Shown one piece after another: positions 15,885 to 25,941 of a stretch of 30,773 nucleotides of DNA. The stretch's first letter is position 1. Each line of letters starts with the position of its first letter. The notes below the pieces were generated by a model. It did not search any database and was not told where the DNA came from. It was given only the letters and a program-made list of their open reading frames with translations. Source of the stretch: a virus (lineage: Duplodnaviria > Caudoviricetes); IMG/VR virus record IMGVR_UViG_3300024264_000117, positions 1-30,773 of that record. The stretch is one strand, 5' to 3'. The translations under genes and the position numbers were made by a program.

Positions 15885-15888
15885 TACT

Positions 15889-15999
15889 ATGAAGAAGTCA
15901 TGTGGTTGTAAAGATAAGAAGCGGCCTTTGCCTAAGAGAGGGCAGAGAGTAGCAAAGAATAAGAAGATAGCTAAGAAGACAGCTAAATATCGTAAATAA
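15889..15999 (+). CDS. Very basic peptide (36 aa)
   Basis: Start moved to ATG at 15889 (AAGGT upstream): MKKSCGCKDKKRPLPKRGQRVAKNKKIAKKTAKYRK*. Confidence 0.55.
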   Translation: MKKSCGCKDKKRPLPKRGQRVAKNKKIAKKTAKYRK

Positions 16000-16012
16000 T
16001 TAAGAGGCTATA

Positions 16013-16657
16013 ATGGGACTTGAAACGGCAACATACATAACTGACTTAGTGTCAAATAATCCACTAGGGACTGACAGCAAGGCTCAGGGAGATAATCATA
16101 TACGTCTTCTTAAGAGTGTATTGAAAGCACAATTCCCTAACCTTGGTTCAGCAGCAGTTACAGCTACGGCAGCTGATATTAACCTTTTAACAGGAGGTAT
16201 CTTTGATGTGATATATCCTGTTGGAACTATCTATGAATCCACATCTAGTGCTAATCCTAGTACACACTTTTCTGGTACTACTTGGGAAAGGTATGGAAAT
16301 GGTAGAGTTACTGTAGGTCAGGATAGCGGTGATGGTTCTTTTGACAGCGTTAATGACACGGGTGGTGCTAAGACTGTAACTTTGACTACCGCACAGATGC
16401 CGAGCCATACCCACACCTTTAGTGGTTCAACAGGTTCAAACGGATCTCACAACCATACCTACACATATGAATATGCAAGAGGGTCGGGTATTGCTGGAGC
16501 TGAAAATGGTGAGTCTAGTACAGTAACAGGGAATACATCAACTGTAGGTAATCACACCCACACCTTTAGTGGTACTACCGCAATTAAAGGTAGTGGAAGC
16601 GCACACGAGAACATGCCTCCATACTGTGTTGTCTATCGTTGGAAAAGGACTGCTTAA
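16013..16657 (+). CDS. Short tail fibre / collar-type protein with HxH motifs
   Basis: YPVGTIY...GRVTVG...GGAKTVTLT..QMPSHTH...HENMPPY..VYRWKRTA collar/fibre-tip signature; three HxH motifs (HTH, HNH, HTH). Confidence 0.8.
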   Translation: MGLETATYITDLVSNNPLGTDSKAQGDNHIRLLKSVLKAQFPNLGSAAVTATAADINLLTGGIFDVIYPVGTIYESTSSANPSTHFSGTTWERYGNGRVTVGQDSGDGSFDSVNDTGGAKTVTLTTAQMPSHTHTFSGSTGSNGSHNHTYTYEYARGSGIAGAENGESSTVTGNTSTVGNHTHTFSGTTAIKGSGSAHENMPPYCVVYRWKRTA

Positions 16658-16659
16658 TC

Positions 16660-18228
16660 ATGCCATATAAGAAGGTAGAAATATCAAGACCGCGAGGGGT
16701 TAACATTGACCTGTCCCCGTATGAGCTACCTAATGAGATATGGAGTGCAGTAAGTAATATTGACTTTGATAACCACCGCACCAACAGAGCATTAGGATAC
16801 GAGCCAGTCTTTGCAACCCCTGCCGTTACGCCTATTATTGCTGTGCCTTGGACAGACTACAATGCGCCTTTTTGGTTCTATGCTAGTGAAGACAAGATAT
16901 ACAGAACAGATGGTAACACTAATGTCAATGTAACTAGGCAGACAGCTGGTTCAGACGTAGACTATACTGGTGACTATGAAGATGGATGGACTTCCTCTAT
17001 CTTTAATGGCGCTTTAATAATGAACAACAGAAAGGATGCTCCTCAGTTCTATAGCCCTAACTCTAGCAAGATGGCAGACCTAACAGCGTGGCCTACAGGT
17101 TGGACTACAGGTGTTGTACGTCCGTTTAAGAACTACTTGATTGCTTTAGATATAGTTGATAATTCTTCAGAGGCTTTCCCTTCAATGGTTAAGTGGAGTG
17201 ATACAGCTCCTCTAGGTGGTATACCTGCTTCATGGGATGCGGTAGACCCAGCGGTACAGGCTGGTTACAACATTCTACCAGATACAGCAGGTCGGTGTAT
17301 TGATGGGCTTGCGCTCAACGATACGTTCTTTATTTACAAAAGTGACGCAGTATGGGCTATGCAGTTCATAGGCGGTAACTTTATATTCTCATTTAGGAAA
17401 GTGTTTAGTGATGATACGGGTATTCTTTCTCGTGATTGCGTTACTGAGTTTGACGGCAAGCACTTTGTTGTAGGTGTCAGTGATGTTTATGTACATGATG
17501 GTACTTCTAAGAAGTCTGTCATAACCAGCAAGATGTCTAAGGCTCTGTACACCCAGATTAATCCTGATCATGTAGACAAGGTTAAGTGTGTCGCTGACGT
17601 ACCTCGTAAAGAGATTTGGGTTTACTTCCCTACACAGGATAGTGCTAATGGCGCTGCCAACAAAGCATTGGTGTGGAATTGGGAAGTTGATGCATGGTCA
17701 GAGAGAGACATTGTAGGTGTTTCTTATATATCTACTGGCGTGATAGCTAATGAAACAACTGACCCTGCTACTTGGGACAATGACTCTGGTTACTGGGACA
17801 CTGACTCAACCCCGTGGGGAGAAGAACGATTCAACCCATCGAACAAGTCTTTGTTTATTGTTGGGTACGATACTCCTAAGTTCTACAAAGGCAACACAGG
17901 ACTGACTGTTAATAGCAGCACTACTTATATCTCTTCTGCTGAGAGAGAAGGTATTGACTTTGGCGATGACAAGGGAGTCAAGTATGTTAACGCTATCTAT
18001 CCGCACTTCACAGGTGAGGGTGATGTAAACATATATGTGGGTTCAGAGAACAGACAGGGAGAAGGTGTGTCGTGGTCTGATCCGCATCCTTTTGTGATAG
18101 GTCAAGACTACAAGGCTAACTTCCGTAAGAGTGGTAGATACATAGGCGTTAGGTTTGAATCAGCTAGTGATGATGTGTGGTCTTTAACTGGATACAGCAT
18201 TGAGTACAGCCCTGAGGGTATGGCATGA
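16660..18228 (+). CDS. Tail hub / DNA stabilisation protein (P22 gp10-like nozzle)
   Basis: Start moved to ATG at 16660 (AGGA RBS). 522 aa, beta-rich with VKWSD, FIYKSDAVWAM and RKSGRYIGVRF; position fits. Confidence 0.7.
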   Translation: MPYKKVEISRPRGVNIDLSPYELPNEIWSAVSNIDFDNHRTNRALGYEPVFATPAVTPIIAVPWTDYNAPFWFYASEDKIYRTDGNTNVNVTRQTAGSDVDYTGDYEDGWTSSIFNGALIMNNRKDAPQFYSPNSSKMADLTAWPTGWTTGVVRPFKNYLIALDIVDNSSEAFPSMVKWSDTAPLGGIPASWDAVDPAVQAGYNILPDTAGRCIDGLALNDTFFIYKSDAVWAMQFIGGNFIFSFRKVFSDDTGILSRDCVTEFDGKHFVVGVSDVYVHDGTSKKSVITSKMSKALYTQINPDHVDKVKCVADVPRKEIWVYFPTQDSANGAANKALVWNWEVDAWSERDIVGVSYISTGVIANETTDPATWDNDSGYWDTDSTPWGEERFNPSNKSLFIVGYDTPKFYKGNTGLTVNSSTTYISSAEREGIDFGDDKGVKYVNAIYPHFTGEGDVNIYVGSENRQGEGVSWSDPHPFVIGQDYKANFRKSGRYIGVRFESASDDVWSLTGYSIEYSPEGMA

Positions 18229-18767
18229 GACTTGAGTATGTTCCTCTACCTCCTCCGCAGGATATAGAAGCGTACCCTGTATATATAAACAATGAGCTAC
18301 AGCGTATCGCTAGGTTCCTTGGTGGTATTAGCGAGATACATGAGACAGGTATGTTCCTAGCTACGGCAGGGGCTACTATGGCACTAAGCACCGCTCCTGC
18401 TACCATCACAGCGTATGACACTGTACGTGCAGATGAAGAAGGTATGACGGCTAGTCACTCAGCAGGTACTATTACTTTCCTGTCAGACAGTAAGTATACG
18501 TTAACCTTCAGTGCTAATGTTAAACGCCATGGTGGAGGTAGCTCTGCTGCTGCTGTTGGATTATACCTTAATGGTACTTTAATAGCAGGGACACTACACA
18601 CTATTAACTTCAGTGGTTCTGACTATTTACCTATTAGCTTTAGTTCTAATGGTACAGTGAATGCAGGGCAAGCTCTCACAGTTAAGATGTCACTAGCGTC
18701 AGGCACTACTAATGTAACCTTTGACACTATAGACTTGAATGTAACAGGTAAAGCAATTGACGTATAA
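18225..18767 (+). CDS. Putative tail needle with C-terminal beta knob
   Basis: Follows the hub. N-terminal YINNELQRIA helix then a beta-rich domain; assignment by synteny with P22-like tails. Confidence 0.5.
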   Translation: MRLEYVPLPPPQDIEAYPVYINNELQRIARFLGGISEIHETGMFLATAGATMALSTAPATITAYDTVRADEEGMTASHSAGTITFLSDSKYTLTFSANVKRHGGGSSAAAVGLYLNGTLIAGTLHTINFSGSDYLPISFSSNGTVNAGQALTVKMSLASGTTNVTFDTIDLNVTGKAIDV

Positions 18768-19161
18768 GGTTACAAGAGTTACTACAATAGATGAACTGGT
18801 TAGTAACAAAGATAAAGTATTACATTACTTGAATAAGGTATTAGTCAAAGCACCTGAAGTAACTGTTGAAAGCGTGTTAACTAGTATTCAGAAAGGTGAT
18901 AGCCAGCTGTGGTTAATTACTGAGGAAGATGTAGTAGGTATTGTAGTAACTAATCTTGTTACATACCCAACCACTAAGAGATTGCTTATACATCTACTAG
19001 GTGGTGATGGTGCTGAAGATTGGGTACATTTAATTAGCGAAATAGAAGAGTGGTCTAAGTCAAAAGGATTAGATGGAATTGAAATACAAGGTAGGAAAGG
19101 ATGGCTTAAACTGCTTCCTGATTATTCTTGTGACAGAGTATTAATGATTAAGGAGTTTTAA
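18757..19161 (+). CDS. GNAT-like morphogenesis protein (P22 gp14-like position)
   Basis: TTG start. LLIHLLGG...IEEWSK..G...IEIQGRKGW pattern; lies just before the ejection genes. Confidence 0.55.
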   Translation: MTYKVTRVTTIDELVSNKDKVLHYLNKVLVKAPEVTVESVLTSIQKGDSQLWLITEEDVVGIVVTNLVTYPTTKRLLIHLLGGDGAEDWVHLISEIEEWSKSKGLDGIEIQGRKGWLKLLPDYSCDRVLMIKEF

Positions 19162-19162
19162 G

Positions 19163-20095
19163 ATGTCAGGTGGTGGAAGCACAACAACTACAGAAAGCGA
19201 ACAGGAAACTAGATTAAGCGAAGAGCTTAGAGCTTCTAGTGTTAATGCATTATCAGGTGCTGAGAATCTATATAACCAAGGCACTGAAGGTATCTATCAA
19301 GGTACTCAGCTTGCTGATGAAGACCCGTTAATATCACAGGCTCAACAGGGTTTGCTTGATATGTATAGCCCTACAGGTGGTCTAACTGATTTGATTAATA
19401 CTCAGCAGACTAATCTTAATAATATGTTGATGTCTGGTGACCTTGAGAATAACTCTATCTTCCAACAACAGATGGCAGATATATTAGAGGAGTCTGGTGT
19501 TCAGTTTAAAAGACAAGCTGTTCCTTTATTTCAGCAGGGTACAGCAATAGGGCAGTATGGTGGCAGTGAAGGTATGGAAGGTCTTGGCTTGCTAGGTGGT
19601 GAGATTGATCGTAACACTCAACAAGCCTTAACCAAAGCAGCATTAGGACAGCAGCAGATTGCATTACAAGCCCAAGGGTTACTGCCTATGGCGTTGCAAG
19701 TCGGTGAGAGAGGCTTTGATGTTATGGGTCAGATTGGCGGTCAGCGTGGTGTTAGGTCGCAGCAAGAGCTTATGAATGAGATTGGTATGTTCAATGCTCC
19801 TCGTGATGCTACTCGTACAAATCTATCAGACTTCTATTCCTTCTTAGGGTCTAATCCTTTACTAGGCGAGTCTAACATGACTGGTACTGAGACACAAACC
19901 ACTGAGAACGCTAGTGATCCGTTTGGAGCAGCTTTAGGAATTGGCCTAGCTGTGGCAGGAATGCCTGTAACAGGTGGTGGTAGCTTAGGGGGTAACTTCC
20001 TTAGCGGTATGATGGGTGGTGCTAGTTCTAGTCTACCTGTTATTAACCCAGCAGGTGGTAACTATTCTCCTGTAGCCCCTTTCAGCCTAACTTAG
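19163..20095 (+). CDS. Putative ejection / DNA transfer protein
   Basis: MSGGGSTTTT start, Gln/Gly-rich, with a Gly-rich hydrophobic C-terminal segment. Confidence 0.6.
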   Translation: MSGGGSTTTTESEQETRLSEELRASSVNALSGAENLYNQGTEGIYQGTQLADEDPLISQAQQGLLDMYSPTGGLTDLINTQQTNLNNMLMSGDLENNSIFQQQMADILEESGVQFKRQAVPLFQQGTAIGQYGGSEGMEGLGLLGGEIDRNTQQALTKAALGQQQIALQAQGLLPMALQVGERGFDVMGQIGGQRGVRSQQELMNEIGMFNAPRDATRTNLSDFYSFLGSNPLLGESNMTGTETQTTENASDPFGAALGIGLAVAGMPVTGGGSLGGNFLSGMMGGASSSLPVINPAGGNYSPVAPFSLT

Positions 20096-20106
20096 TAAGC
20101 AGGTAA

Positions 20107-20724
20107 ATGATGAATAAAGATGACGCAGTAATCCAGTTTCTAATGCAGCAAGAAGGCTTTGAAACTAGAACGTATCTACCAAAGAAGAATGGTCTTGTTA
20201 TTGGCAAGTCTGGTTTAACCTTTGGTGGTGGTATTGACATTGGTCAGATGGACTTGAGAGAGTACAAGGCGTTGGGACTACCTGATGCTTTAGAGTCTGC
20301 TATGCTTCCTTACGTAGGTAAGCAGGGCGATGACGCTGTAGCTATTGAGTATGAGCTGGGACACTTTGACATCCCCGCTGAGATAGCTATGAACATTACT
20401 CGTAGACATATCGAGAAGTCTAAGCAGAAGCTACGCAATGCATTCCCTAAGTTTGATTCACTAGCACCACAACAACAGGCAGTGGCTCTATCGCTGCTGC
20501 ATAACTATGGTGCTGCTGCTCTTAAGTACAAGACAATGAAGGCAGTTATCAGCGGTGACTTGCAGACAGCTATCACTAAGCTACGTGACCCTGACGAGTG
20601 GAAGAATGTCGAGCTACATCCTAGACGTAACAGAGAAGCAGACTTGCTGGAGTCTTTGCTGGTATCTCAAATGAAACAAATGCAACAGCAGCAAGTTAAT
20701 ATGTTTAACAAGGTAGGTGTATAA
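20107..20724 (+). CDS. Pesticin/T4-lysozyme-like muramidase
   Basis: EG...Y.P...SGLTFGGGIDIGQ, ALSLLHNYG and RRNREADLL motifs. Confidence 0.8.
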   Translation: MMNKDDAVIQFLMQQEGFETRTYLPKKNGLVIGKSGLTFGGGIDIGQMDLREYKALGLPDALESAMLPYVGKQGDDAVAIEYELGHFDIPAEIAMNITRRHIEKSKQKLRNAFPKFDSLAPQQQAVALSLLHNYGAAALKYKTMKAVISGDLQTAITKLRDPDEWKNVELHPRRNREADLLESLLVSQMKQMQQQQVNMFNKVGV

Positions 20725-22226
20725 TGGCAGCAGTTCCTATATTTAATAATAGCCCTAGTTATTTAACAGGTGCGGGAGGTGTTAGACAAGGTTCTAGCAT
20801 ACCTCTTAACCTACCTAGCAGTTTAGTACGTCCTACAAGTGCAGCGACTAGGGCTGTAGATCAAGCTAGGATACGTAAAGAAAACGAGGAAAGGCTTAAA
20901 GGAATATCAGACGCATATAACTATGTGACTAGGCGTGGGAACTTAATGTTTGACGATGCTGGTGTTGTTATGCAAGACGCTTACGACAACGCTTCAGTGG
21001 CTATTCCACAGGCTTTTACAGACCTTGGAAACTTTGCAGGAGATGTAGCTTACAATGTAAATAGAGATATGATTCCTGTGTTTCAACTAGGGCGTGATAT
21101 TAAATCAGGAGTAGGATCAGCTTTTGATACTGCTGTTGACGCTGCTGCTCCTTATGTAGATAACGCGGTTTTCGCTGCTTATCCTTATGTAGATACGGCA
21201 GTTTCTAAAGTTGGAGAGTTAGCTGATAAGGCTGGTATAACTATTCCTGATATTAGCATAGATTCTATTAAGAATAGTTTAAAGGCTAATCCACAAAGCG
21301 CATACGAAATAGGTCAGAATCTAAGAAACCTCCCTTCTGATATATTCGATATTGCTTCTGCACCTGCTAAGTTTATTGGTGATCAGATAGGAGAGGCTTT
21401 TGATTCTGAGTTTGCTGATGGTCTTATGGGACGTACTAAAGGTCAGGGAAGCACTAAAGGTATTTCTAAATCAGGAACTACACCTGATACGTTTAAGAAA
21501 GGGGCAACAGGTACGCCTACAATAGACCCTAGCATTGCTGCTGCTGTTAATGACCCTTTAGGTTTAGGTACAGCTAAGATTCAGACTAAACTTAAAGACA
21601 CAACTGCTCTTGATAAATTACAAGGTCAAGGTTTACAAGGTCAAGGTTTACAAGGTCAAGGTAGTGGTGCTGATAACTGGTTCGATGCTGTTAACGAGCG
21701 TGTTGACTTGATGGCTATGGGTGCTGCTATGTTGGCAGGTTCGTCTAGCGGTGAAGGCACTTTAGCTAACTTAGGTAGGGGCTTACAGGCAGGTATTGCA
21801 TCTAGGAAAGATGAAGCTACGATAGCTGAAGCTAAGAAGTATAAAGATGCAACTTTAGCATTAGCTCTTATGCGGGAACAGTCGAACAGACGTAAGAATA
21901 ATATCGCAGCTGCTGCTGCTAGATTAGGTGATCGTTTTGGTCAAATTGGTGCTAAAACAGATACTCTATCTGCTGAGCTAAAAGCAGCGGGTATTGAGAA
22001 TGATCCTTCTGACTTAAAGGACATTTCTCTTATTATAAATCAGATTGATCCTGAATTTGCTGATCGGAATGCAACTTTACGTAAAACTACTTTAGATAAC
22101 TTTGCTGCTGATCTTGGAGATAACTACTTTTCTAAGCTTCTTAAACGCCCCGGAGGTGAGGTTAAACTTTCAGAAGTCCCTGCCGGATTTAGAAACGCGT
22201 TTATTAAAGCTACGGGAATTAAATAA
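20724..22226 (+). CDS. Putative internal virion / ejection protein (500 aa)
   Basis: Ala/Gly/Asp-rich, LMAMGAAMLAG hydrophobic patch, coupled to neighbours by TAATG. Confidence 0.6.
   Translation: MAAVPIFNNSPSYLTGAGGVRQGSSIPLNLPSSLVRPTSAATRAVDQARIRKENEERLKGISDAYNYVTRRGNLMFDDAGVVMQDAYDNASVAIPQAFTDLGNFAGDVAYNVNRDMIPVFQLGRDIKSGVGSAFDTAVDAAAPYVDNAVFAAYPYVDTAVSKVGELADKAGITIPDISIDSIKNSLKANPQSAYEIGQNLRNLPSDIFDIASAPAKFIGDQIGEAFDSEFADGLMGRTKGQGSTKGISKSGTTPDTFKKGATGTPTIDPSIAAAVNDPLGLGTAKIQTKLKDTTALDKLQGQGLQGQGLQGQGSGADNWFDAVNERVDLMAMGAAMLAGSSSGEGTLANLGRGLQAGIASRKDEATIAEAKKYKDATLALALMREQSNRRKNNIAAAAARLGDRFGQIGAKTDTLSAELKAAGIENDPSDLKDISLIINQIDPEFADRNATLRKTTLDNFAADLGDNYFSKLLKRPGGEVKLSEVPAGFRNAFIKATGIK
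21618..21662 (+). repeat. Perfect tandem repeat, 3 x 15 bp (TTACAAGGTCAAGGT; LQGQG)
   Basis: Read directly from the sequence; in frame. Confidence 0.95.
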
Positions 22227-25200
22227 TGTCAGAAGCCATAGACTTTGATGCACTGGAAGCGTTGTGGACTGCTTCAGATCAGCAGTTCGATCAAAACATT
22301 AGTCAAAGCCCTGATGGAATAGCAGATCAAGTAGGCGCGGGAGTTGACTTAGGTCAGGCGCTGTTGTACAGGGGTGGTCAATCACTAGCAGAGGCATTCG
22401 GATTCGCAGACAGCGCATTCGGACAGGCTATGGTTGATGCCAAGAACGAGAACTTAGCAGAAGTAAACATGGTGAAGGCACATCCTCTGTATGAAGATGG
22501 TGAGTTCTCCTTCAGAGGTTTACTGGATCAAGTGGCTAGAGGTGTAGGTACTGTTGGTGTTGCACTACCTGCATTTGCTGCTGCTCCTCTGGCTCCTCTA
22601 GTAGGTGCATCAGGTACTACAGGTGCATTGGTAGCAGGTGGTTTAACCTCTGGCCTTATGAACGTAGGTGATATCGGTTTAAAAGCAGAGGACATGGATG
22701 AAGCATACAACGCTTCTATGGCAGACTTAGGTACTGGTTTTGCTTTAGGTGCGTTAGAGCCTCTGGCTGCTGCTAAGTTTGTTAAGGCTTTATCTCCTGC
22801 GTTTAAGCAGATGTCTCCTGAGCTTATTAAAAGCATTAAGTCTGGTGACTCTGCTGCTTATGCTTCTTATCGTAGAGCTAGGGCAAACGCGACTCCTTCT
22901 ATGGCTAAGGCTGCGGGTATATCTTCCCTATCTTCGGGATTAACAGAGGGTGTGCAAGATTTCTCAACTACTCTTGCTGCTGCTAATGCTACTTCCTACT
23001 GGGATGAGCTTGACGTTGAAGAGTCTCTGAAAGAGTCTGCGGTAGAAGCTCTGGTTGGCGGTGTGTTGGGCTTACCTTTTGGTGTAGGTGGTAGTATTGT
23101 ATCTAAAGGTCAAGCAGCTGCTGATAGATCAATAGCTAATCAGGTAGATGAGGGCATAATTACTATTACTCCTGATGGTCGGGTAAACAAGGTTCAAGAA
23201 AGAATACCAGTTACTGACTCAAAGGTACCTCATTTATATAATAGGACACTGGGTGTAGTGCTGGGGGACGTACCTAGCAAGATTGTATCTAAGATACCTA
23301 CTAATAAAGCTCGTGAGTTTGTAGGTAAGTTTACTCAGACAAGTGGGGACTTTGCCCGTAGACAAGGGATACGTCCTGTCCACATAGAGGTAGCTGAATT
23401 TCAGTCTCAGTATACTAAGTTGCTTACTCCCTTTGGAGAGCTTGCACCTAAAGACGCTGATTCGGTGGCTAGTCATAGAGTAATGCCAGAGTCTACTAAA
23501 GAAGAGAAAGCAGCTAAGAATGAAGCATACTCTGCTCTGTCTGCGGATGCTAAGAAAGCCTCTAATGCTCTTGCTACTTTCTTAGATGGTAATATAAAGA
23601 AAGACTCTAAGATACTAGGTGACGATATCACTTTGTTTGAAGGAGGTACTTATATGCCTCTGTATGGTAGATTAGATTACAAGAAGATTAAAACAAATCG
23701 TCAGCAGTTTATAAACGAGGCTATGGAAGTAGCTAATGCTAAAGGTATTGACTTAACTGTTGATAAAGTAGAGGCGTATGTAAAGCGTATTGAGCAGCAG
23801 GGTTATGAACACTTTGGTTCTCAGACTAGTATGGACTCTATAACTAACTACGATACTACTGTAGAGAAGCAGAACAAAGCTCGTGATAAAGCAGTAACTA
23901 AAGAAACTAATAAGATAATAAAGAAGAAGAAGCTAACTACCGATAAGCAAAAGGCAGCTGCTAAGAAACAAGCAGAAACTATTGTAGATAAGAGATTAGT
24001 TTCAGTTAGAAGTAATGGTAACGCCAGAGTTAATACTCAGAACGCTGTTGAAACACATCGTATGTTGTCTGAACTTCCTCAAGACTTCTGGACTAATTGG
24101 ACTAACGAGAATAGCAGCGTTCAGGACTCTATATACTCCTATGCTGAGATGATGTCAGAGAGGTTAGGTCACGCTAAGCGGTTCGGTTCTAATAATGAGT
24201 TGTTCTACAAGGAAGCTGCTGAAGTTATCAGAGATGCTAAGGCTCAGGGTTTGTCGTTTGATGAGCAGGTAGTGGTGGCTGAAATGGCTAACATGATGAA
24301 CCTGTCTCAACGTATCCCTATCCGTAACCTAGATGTTAGTCAGGGGGATACCCTTAGAACTGCACAGAATGCCGTTAGAGCTGGTTTATCTGTAACCCTA
24401 CTACCACTCTCCCTTCTTCCTTCCTTGGCTGAGGTGTTCGTTGTGGAGTCTAAGGTGCAGCAGGGAGCTAAGACTATAACTTTAGCGGCTAAGCTAACGG
24501 CTAAGATTGTTAAGGAGCAGTTTAAACATGGGCGTGGGCTAACTCAAACTGAAGCAGCTAACTTGGTTCAAGAAGGTATTGTAGCAGACTTAGGTATATC
24601 TAACTACGATTTGAAGAACACGGCTGCTGCCCGTTTAGGGGATAATGAGATAGGCGGTAAGATTAGTAACATAGAGAATATGTTCTTTAATCTAACAGGT
24701 ACTCCTCAGTTTACTCAGGCTCTACGTATAACGGCTGCTATTCAAGGTGAGAAGGCGTTTAAAGCTGAGCTTGTTAACTATGATACGGCAGTAGCACAGG
24801 GTAATGTAGACGAACAGCTTCGTATAAGTGATAAGTTTGCTGAATCAGGTCTTAATATAATAGAAGCTCATAACTGGTATCGCAGAGGCTCTAAGCGAGA
24901 CAAGTATTATAATGAGCAGTTCAAGATGGGTGTTCTTAACGTAGTAGAAGACACAGTTATACGCCCCCGTATGGTACAGAAACCTGCTTGGATGTCTGAT
25001 GAGCGGTTCAAGCTACTGGCACAGTTGAAGTCATTCTCTATTGTGTTTAACAACGTAGTTATGAAGGGTTGGTATAACCAGCTGATAGCTAATGGAACTA
25101 CTCCAGAGAAGATGCGTAAGGCAGCAGTACTTGCTCCGTACATAGGCATGATGATTGCCACTCAGATCATGGCATCTGCTTTACGTGAGTATGCTAAGAC

Positions 25201-25498
25201 AGGTGACATAGAGAAGTGGGAAGATAAGACAGCAACCTCTCATGTTCTGTCTGCAATTACTTACATTGGTGGTCTATCGTTTGCAATTGATCCCTTACGC
25301 GCTAGTAACTGGGGTGTTGACCCAACAAGTGTACTGCTTGGCCCTGCTGCCAGTAAAGCTAATGACTTGTTGTCAGGTATTGGAGCTATATTGTCAGGCT
25401 CACTCTCGCCAGACGATGTGATAGGCGCTGTGTTAACTGACGTAACCCAAGGATTCCCAGCCTCTGGCATAATTAAAGACCTAGTGGAGAGCATATAA
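22226..25498 (+). CDS. Large internal virion / ejection protein (1090 aa)
   Basis: Last large gene of the structural arm, with Gly/Ala hydrophobic segments and a QLKSF motif in the C-terminal region. Confidence 0.7.
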   Translation: MSEAIDFDALEALWTASDQQFDQNISQSPDGIADQVGAGVDLGQALLYRGGQSLAEAFGFADSAFGQAMVDAKNENLAEVNMVKAHPLYEDGEFSFRGLLDQVARGVGTVGVALPAFAAAPLAPLVGASGTTGALVAGGLTSGLMNVGDIGLKAEDMDEAYNASMADLGTGFALGALEPLAAAKFVKALSPAFKQMSPELIKSIKSGDSAAYASYRRARANATPSMAKAAGISSLSSGLTEGVQDFSTTLAAANATSYWDELDVEESLKESAVEALVGGVLGLPFGVGGSIVSKGQAAADRSIANQVDEGIITITPDGRVNKVQERIPVTDSKVPHLYNRTLGVVLGDVPSKIVSKIPTNKAREFVGKFTQTSGDFARRQGIRPVHIEVAEFQSQYTKLLTPFGELAPKDADSVASHRVMPESTKEEKAAKNEAYSALSADAKKASNALATFLDGNIKKDSKILGDDITLFEGGTYMPLYGRLDYKKIKTNRQQFINEAMEVANAKGIDLTVDKVEAYVKRIEQQGYEHFGSQTSMDSITNYDTTVEKQNKARDKAVTKETNKIIKKKKLTTDKQKAAAKKQAETIVDKRLVSVRSNGNARVNTQNAVETHRMLSELPQDFWTNWTNENSSVQDSIYSYAEMMSERLGHAKRFGSNNELFYKEAAEVIRDAKAQGLSFDEQVVVAEMANMMNLSQRIPIRNLDVSQGDTLRTAQNAVRAGLSVTLLPLSLLPSLAEVFVVESKVQQGAKTITLAAKLTAKIVKEQFKHGRGLTQTEAANLVQEGIVADLGISNYDLKNTAAARLGDNEIGGKISNIENMFFNLTGTPQFTQALRITAAIQGEKAFKAELVNYDTAVAQGNVDEQLRISDKFAESGLNIIEAHNWYRRGSKRDKYYNEQFKMGVLNVVEDTVIRPRMVQKPAWMSDERFKLLAQLKSFSIVFNNVVMKGWYNQLIANGTTPEKMRKAAVLAPYIGMMIATQIMASALREYAKTGDIEKWEDKTATSHVLSAITYIGGLSFAIDPLRASNWGVDPTSVLLGPAASKANDLLSGIGAILSGSLSPDDVIGAVLTDVTQGFPASGIIKDLVESI

Positions 25499-25893
25499 TG
25501 ATAGGCGTAACAGACTTGATAGCTGGTATCTTTAAACCAGCAGCGGGATTGATAGATGACCTGCATACATCAGAAGAGGAAAGACTAGCAGCTAAGACTA
25601 AGATGCTAGAGGTACAGGCAGCAGCGATGCAGCGTGTATTTGATTACGAGACACAAGCGTTAACTGCTCGTGCTACGATAGTAAACAGTGAGGCAACCTC
25701 AGAGAATTGGATAGCGTCATCATGGCGGCCTATAACAATGCTGACGTTTATGGTACTTGCTGTTGGAGATTCGCTAGGATTACTAGCAACCCCTCTCAGG
25801 GACGAGGCATGGATGCTTCTACAATTAGGTCTAGGCGGGTATGTTGTAGGCCGTAGTGGTGAGAAGATAGCAAAGACTATCAAACACCAGTAA
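25498..25893 (+). CDS. Holin, 3TM (GTA-type) family
   Basis: LHTSEEERL, SENWIASSWRP and GLGGYVVGRSGEK motifs with hydrophobic segments. Confidence 0.75.
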   Translation: MIGVTDLIAGIFKPAAGLIDDLHTSEEERLAAKTKMLEVQAAAMQRVFDYETQALTARATIVNSEATSENWIASSWRPITMLTFMVLAVGDSLGLLATPLRDEAWMLLQLGLGGYVVGRSGEKIAKTIKHQ

Positions 25894-25936
25894 CAACAAA
25901 GCCCCTACGCCAATGATGGCACAGGGGCTTTTCTTT
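25892..25936. terminator. Bidirectional rho-independent terminator between converging genome arms
   Basis: AAAGCCCCT (25898-25906) pairs with AGGGGCTTT (25923-25931), with an inner GCCA-atga-TGGC. T tracts occur on both strands, and the element sits between convergent stops at 25893 and 25942. Confidence 0.88.
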
Positions 25937-25941
25937 ATCTG

